NCBI GenBank assembly: GCA_000002435.2
Contig: CM018793.1
Strand: one strand, 5' to 3'
Length of the DNA stretch: 64,000 nt
Source: Giardia intestinalis
Taxonomy: Eukaryota
Part shown: piece after piece, positions 59,676-64,000 of the stretch
Layout: the number at the start of each line of letters is the position of its first letter
Numbering within the stretch: the first letter of the stretch is position 1
Position numbers and translations under genes: made by a program
The notes under the pieces: model-generated
Databases searched by the model: none
What the model was told of the DNA's origin: nothing
What the model saw: only the letters and a program-made list of their open reading frames with translations

Positions 59676-60461
59676 ATGGCTCGTGAGCTACGCCCAGATG
59701 GACGAGAAAAACTGGAGCACCGGGAGCCGACTGTGCTCTTCAACTGTATATCTACCTCAACAGGATCCGTGCGGTTTCGCCTTGGCGGCACAGATCTTAT
59801 TGCCTCTGTCTACCTCGATGCACCTCAGAACTCACCATTCAAGCTTACTGTTGAAGCGCTGCCCACAGTCGCAGATGCTTATCGGCTTACTTCGAATATA
59901 CGCGTATTAGTAGGTAGCGTCTTGTCCAGTGTAGTTTTATCTGAGCAAAAGACCTGTTCTCTCTGTGTTTCGGGCCGAAGCTTACTTGTGCTTTCACTCC
60001 TTATCTTATCTGACGACGGTAGTGCAGTGGCCTCTGCGTGTAATGCCATATTGCTTACGCTAATGGCGATAGGAGTGACGCTCCCATATGTCCCATGTGC
60101 GGTGTCTCTAGGCTTCACCAGAACATCAGACTCCAGAACAATGCTCATAGATCCCTCAAAGACTGAGGAAAGAAGCCTCAGTGGAGCCCTTACAGCCGTT
60201 CTAGATTCAATCACAGGAGACGTCTTGGCCTGCGTTCACTCGACAGCCATCCATTCCACAGAGCTTCGGGACATTCTTGTATTGGCGAGCTCCTGCAGCG
60301 ATGTCCTGAGTAAAAACCTTTTTGATCACTTGTCACCGACCAAAGCAGGGGTGCCTCTGGGGGATATTGTGAGTAGGGTGGAGCCGTTCCCGAAACGCCA
60401 AGCAGACCATCCAACGGTTGGAAGGTACCTCAAGGTACCAAATCCGCTCGAGGACACTTAG
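59676..60461 (+). CDS. RRP46: exosome complex component Rrp46 (EXOSC5), RNase PH-like
   Basis: LRPDGREKLEHREPTVLFNCISTSTGSVRFRLGGTDLIASVY matches the RNase PH N-terminal motif (R.DGR...LR...). LILSDDGSAVASACNAILLTLMAIGVTLPYVPCAVSLGF...MLIDPSKTEERSLSGALTAVLDS aligns with EXOSC5 ([41 protein letters not shown]...[23 protein letters not shown]). Confidence 0.75.
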   Translation: MARELRPDGREKLEHREPTVLFNCISTSTGSVRFRLGGTDLIASVYLDAPQNSPFKLTVEALPTVADAYRLTSNIRVLVGSVLSSVVLSEQKTCSLCVSGRSLLVLSLLILSDDGSAVASACNAILLTLMAIGVTLPYVPCAVSLGFTRTSDSRTMLIDPSKTEERSLSGALTAVLDSITGDVLACVHSTAIHSTELRDILVLASSCSDVLSKNLFDHLSPTKAGVPLGDIVSRVEPFPKRQADHPTVGRYLKVPNPLEDT

Positions 60462-60482
60462 TAAACCGACAGCAGGCATCAT

Positions 60483-61040
60483 TTACTGTTCCTGGAGCCC
60501 GCGGGAGGAGACGTAGCAGCCGTCGAGGAACTTGCGGAGATCTTTGTTGGGAACTTTAAGGCTTTCGTGGATGCGCGCAGCAGTATGCGAAACGTCCTCT
60601 ATGGAGATGCCCCTAAGGATTAGCTCGTCCTTGACATTTGTCGACATCGCTATGGTGACGCCCGGAAGGCATTCGATGCGGCGCGTCTTGATCTGGTGCA
60701 TGAAATTGCGGATCTCAATGGCCTTGTTGTTGTCCACAACGGTAGCCGCGATGGGGAAGTGAGCGTATGCCAGCCTCATCTTGTACTCAAATCCATACGT
60801 GACGCCCTTGAACATGTTCTCTATGTGTGAGCAGATGGTGCGGGGGAGAGCATTTCTCTTGCCGCGAGGGAACCAGACTGCGACGCTGATGGTGTCGTTG
60901 GCGTGGGTGATGTCGAGGGGTGCATGGGAAAAATCTCGGACCAGAGTGCCCTTCTTGCCCTTGACAGTTACAACGCGCTTGTTGATCGTGCACTCGACGT
61001 CCGTCGGGACCTTGATCGTCATGGAGGAACAGAGGGGCAT
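60483..61040 (-). CDS. RPL9: 60S ribosomal protein L9 (uL6)
   Basis: 185 aa co-linear with eukaryotic L9: TICSHIENMFKGVTYGFEYKMRLAYAHFPI ([30 protein letters not shown]), IEIRNF...IRR, DELILRGISIEDVS.TAARI, VKNKDIRKFLDG.YVS. The true start may be the second ATG at 61022. Confidence 0.9.
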   Translation of the reverse strand: MPLCSSMTIKVPTDVECTINKRVVTVKGKKGTLVRDFSHAPLDITHANDTISVAVWFPRGKRNALPRTICSHIENMFKGVTYGFEYKMRLAYAHFPIAATVVDNNKAIEIRNFMHQIKTRRIECLPGVTIAMSTNVKDELILRGISIEDVSHTAARIHESLKVPNKDLRKFLDGCYVSSRGLQEQ

Positions 61041-61151
61041 TGCTTCGCGACCTCTAAAAAAAGAGCATCGAAAGCGGATTTAAAATTGTTTGCATATTTC
61101 TTCACGAAAGCCCAAACCGGAGAATGATTTACAAGCCACTAGGTGACCACG

Positions 61152-62816
61152 TCAGGCAAAGCGAATGACGGCCTTGAACTCAACCATCTCGTCAATCCAC
61201 GATGCTATCTTCGCGTTAATTTCCGATAAACGCTTTTGCTTTTTCTCTTCAGCCTCCTCCGCCTTCTTACGGGCTTCCTCTTCTGCCGCTGCTGCAGCCT
61301 TCTTTGCCTCCTCTTCCGCGAGCCTCTTCTGTTCCTTTGCCTCCTCGTCATCATCATCGAGCTCTCCCCTACACATCTTAAGTATCTTCGTGACCTCTTC
61401 CTTGGATGAAACACTGCTATGATCTATGTCTAGGACATTGAGGAGTTCGCAGAGATCCTTATTGAGGATGACCTCCGTCCTTTTGCCCGTTTTTACCGTC
61501 TTTGTTGTCCCGAACGACCCAGTGGCAATGGCCTCCTCACACCACTTAGCCAGTTTAGCTTTCGCTGCCTCAACGATGGCCAGACCAATAGCAGACTTGT
61601 CAGTGACACGTTCATCTGCAGCTACCTCACGTTCAGAACGCTGCAGCGCTCGTTTGGGCAGATCGGTCAAGGGGTACGAAGAGACGACAAACTCACCTGA
61701 CTCGTCACCTTGCTCGGTGATGGTGGCACCGGCTCCGTTGATAAGCTTGCAGAGAGTCTTCCACTTGTTACGAAGGAAGCCACGGTAGCTAGTCTGGGCT
61801 TCAACGCGCCTCTCCTCGGAAGTGTACGCGCGCATGGCAGTTCTGTACTCGGTTGTAATGGCCCTTTTCTCCGAGTAAAGCGTGTCGAGGACCTCGTTCT
61901 CCTTGTCCTTTCTTGCTCGCAGCTCCTTAATTTTCGCGAGGATCACAGACCTATCAAGGCGATCAGGATTGTTCTTAGAGAGAGCCTCATTAGCCTCTTT
62001 TTCAAGTTGGTCCCTTTGCTTCTTTACAGGATCAATCTTCTTCTTCAGCTCCTCTAGTTCTTTCTCGATTGATGCGCGCTCCTCCTCTAATTCACGAACC
62101 TTCGGAAGGCACTTGACCTTTTCAGAGAGCTTCTTAATGCTGGCCTGGGTTTTCTTCTCTTCTTCCGGAGTCATGGATGTATGCTCGGACTCATACTTCA
62201 GTCTTGCAAGCTGGTCCGCTATGGTGTTGAAGTTCTTAAGGCCCTGACCATCTCCTATAATAGATTTAATCTTGGCTGTGACGGGGTTTAGTCTCTCATA
62301 TATCTCTTTCTTCACACTTTGAAGAGCAGAGAACTCGTCACGTGCCGCTTTGAGGCGGTTGCGCAGGTCTTCACTGAGTGCGTCGAAGCTGAGGTTCTTA
62401 AGCTTCTCGTCCAGAGAGCTGATCTCACCAATGATAGAGGCAACGGTCTCCTTGGACTTTGCAATCTTGTCGTCCAACTTTTTTACAGCCTTTTCGACGG
62501 GCCCATAGTCGGGTTTGGGGGGAAGAGGCTCGATGACTTTAGGGTATTCTGAGCGGAGGCGCTCTTTGCGGGGCTTCTTTGCATTTTTATCGGCTTCCGA
62601 GGCAGAGTCCTGGGTAGTGCTCTCCTTGTGAGGATTGTCTTCCTCTCCTTTACAGTCATCAGACTCAGGTTTATCGGTAGACGAAGCTCCCTTGAGCACA
62701 ATAGAGATCTTCTTCGCAGATGCCGCAGAAAGCTGTTCAGTGTCGACATGCTCAACCCTCTCGTCTTCAGGAAGCTGCTCTACTGCAGAGGCTTGGGTGG
62801 TCGAACTGTCTACCAT
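61152..62816 (-). CDS. hypothetical coiled-coil protein, 554 aa, with an acidic/lysine-rich C-terminus
   Basis: Long ORF with extended coiled-coil segments and charged low-complexity ends (EEEAKKAAAAAEEEARKKAEEAEEKKQKR). Divergently arranged with RPLP0. No confident family assignment (a Bfr1-like possibility only). Confidence 0.7.
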   Translation of the reverse strand: MVDSSTTQASAVEQLPEDERVEHVDTEQLSAASAKKISIVLKGASSTDKPESDDCKGEEDNPHKESTTQDSASEADKNAKKPRKERLRSEYPKVIEPLPPKPDYGPVEKAVKKLDDKIAKSKETVASIIGEISSLDEKLKNLSFDALSEDLRNRLKAARDEFSALQSVKKEIYERLNPVTAKIKSIIGDGQGLKNFNTIADQLARLKYESEHTSMTPEEEKKTQASIKKLSEKVKCLPKVRELEEERASIEKELEELKKKIDPVKKQRDQLEKEANEALSKNNPDRLDRSVILAKIKELRARKDKENEVLDTLYSEKRAITTEYRTAMRAYTSEERRVEAQTSYRGFLRNKWKTLCKLINGAGATITEQGDESGEFVVSSYPLTDLPKRALQRSEREVAADERVTDKSAIGLAIVEAAKAKLAKWCEEAIATGSFGTTKTVKTGKRTEVILNKDLCELLNVLDIDHSSVSSKEEVTKILKMCRGELDDDDEEAKEQKRLAEEEAKKAAAAAEEEARKKAEEAEEKKQKRLSEINAKIASWIDEMVEFKAVIRFA

Positions 62817-63145
62817 GAGCGACTTATTTTTTGGAGGCTATTATCAATTCCATTTTTAATTGGCGAAAAAGGCGCACCTGTGCAGACTGCCTCAAACAGA
62901 TACCACAGTATCCCCAGAAGGGGGGACAGCCGGGGAGCCGCACACAGATTGAGTAAAGGATATGCGCGCACACGGCAGACATGGAGATCCACATCCTTCC
63001 TTGGTGCTTTCTGTCGGCGTATCTGGCAGAGCGCAGATCCGCGCTCCATGGCTCTAGCCTTGCTTTTGATCTTTTTCTCTTCCGGCCATCTTTTAAGAAG
63101 CAATCCATTTTAATTTTGATTCTGGAGACATCTATAGATTCCGTG

Positions 63146-64000
63146 CGTAGGTTAAATGTCCGCTGCCCCACTCACTGCGAAGCAGGCCAGGCGACAGGCG
63201 TATGTTGCGAAGCTGGAGAGGTGTCTGACCGAGTACAAGAAGATCGTCCTCGTCAGCGTCGACAACGTGCGCTCCTTCCAGATCGCTCAGATCCGCCGCC
63301 TCCTCAGAGGCAAAGCTGAACTGTTGGCCGGGAAGAACACGATCATCAAGCGCGTCATCAATCAGCTTGACGACGACAAGCTCAAGAACCTCCTTCCGTA
63401 TATAAAGCTCAACGTGGCCTTTGTCTTTACGAATGGGGACACGTCTGCGATCCTCAAGGCGTTCAAGAAGACAAAGCGCAAGGCAGCCGCCAAGGCGGGG
63501 ATTGTCGCACCGGCTGATGTAGTCATCGAGCCCATGCTCACGCAATCTGGGCCTGATCAGCACGGCTTCTATGCGGCTCTCGGGATCGACACGAAGATCA
63601 ACAAGGGTAAGATAGAAATCGTCAACCCTGTCAACCTGATTAAAAAGGGTGACATAGTTACGCCCTCCCACGCGACGCTTCTTCAGAGGCTTGAGATAGA
63701 CCCCTTCTTCTATGCCATGAGCGCGCTCAATCTCTACGACGATGGCGAGATCTATGATGCGGCCGTGCTTGAGATTGACGACTCTGTGATGGAGGCCAAG
63801 TGGAATGCTGGGCTGGAGGCCTTCGTCTCCTTGGCTCTTGGTGCCAACTTCCCGTGCCTTCCTGCCATTCCTCACATCTTCATGGATACCGCCAAGAGCT
63901 TCATCGGTGCAGGTGTTGAGGCTGACGTCACCGAGATTCCCCTTGTTAAGCGTGTCAAGGAGATCCTTGCTGATCCCAGTAAGTTTGCCGTTGCTGCTCC
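63146..64000 (+). CDS. RPLP0: 60S acidic ribosomal protein P0 (uL10), N-terminal ~285 aa; the gene continues beyond the window end
   Basis: MSAAPLTAKQARRQAYVAKLERCLTEYKKIVLVSVDNVRSFQIAQIRRLLRGKAELLAGKNTIIKRVI... is co-linear with RPLP0 (K.EYV.KL.ECL.EY.K...V.VDNVGS.QMQ.IR..LRGKA..LMGKNTM...). It is absent from the ORF track because it has no stop in the window. The track's minus ORF 63132-63875 is its antisense. Confidence 0.9.

Noticed and set aside
63132-63875. 247-aa minus-strand ORF at the right end of the window
   Set aside because: It is the antisense of the RPLP0 coding sequence, which is clearly identifiable on the plus strand from 63146.
1-64000. Prokaryote-style accessory systems (CRISPR arrays, restriction-modification or toxin-antitoxin operons, phage defence islands)
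   Set aside because: The window is unambiguously eukaryotic (Giardia-type genes, calmodulin, adaptins, 60S ribosomal proteins). No direct-repeat/spacer arrays or operonic small ORF pairs were seen.

Overview
This window reads as nuclear DNA of the diplomonad Giardia intestinalis (inference from sequence only). Three features support that call. A small cysteine-rich gene ends in the variant-specific surface protein (VSP) tail ...CRGKA, followed by the extended VSP poly(A) signal ACTTAGGTAGTAAA. An 824-aa high-cysteine membrane protein has many CXXC/CXC motifs. Several NEK-type (pseudo)kinases and 'protein 21.1'-type ankyrin-repeat proteins are present. Genes are intron-less and tightly packed on both strands, with 5-130 bp spacers and some 3' overlaps. 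Housekeeping genes I can recognise are alanine aminotransferase, AP-2 alpha-like and sigma adaptins, Sec61 gamma, trans-2-enoyl-CoA reductase, an ABHD17-like hydrolase, a ubiquitin-like/S27a fusion, calmodulin, SDA1, a Ddi1-like retropepsin, an ArfGAP, Rrp46, RPL9 and RPLP0 (runs off the window end). The accessory content is three GC-rich blocks (about 21.5-23.5, 44.0-47.4 and 51.6-56.1 kb) embedded in sequence of roughly 48-50% GC. The middle block is a decayed non-LTR retrotransposon: RT motifs 0-6 including YADD, a CCHC motif and a REL-endonuclease PD..D..K motif, split over several frames (GilD-like). It is bracketed by an inverted duplication of the neighbouring ankyrin gene's 5' end. Block 1 carries a weaker RT remnant, and blocks 1 and 3 end in the same ~320-bp direct repeat (about 99% identical). 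Each of blocks 1 and 2/3 is adjacent to a NEK-ankyrin paralog whose kinase N-lobe is frameshifted. Other notable items are two tandem giant paralogous genes sharing a C-terminal domain, a VSP 3' pseudogene fragment beside a ~1-kb AT-rich desert, and a GC-rich minus-strand gene broken by frameshifts. There is no prokaryotic-style defence system; the candidate novelty is the retroelement-scarred, duplication-prone NEK/ankyrin/VSP neighbourhood.
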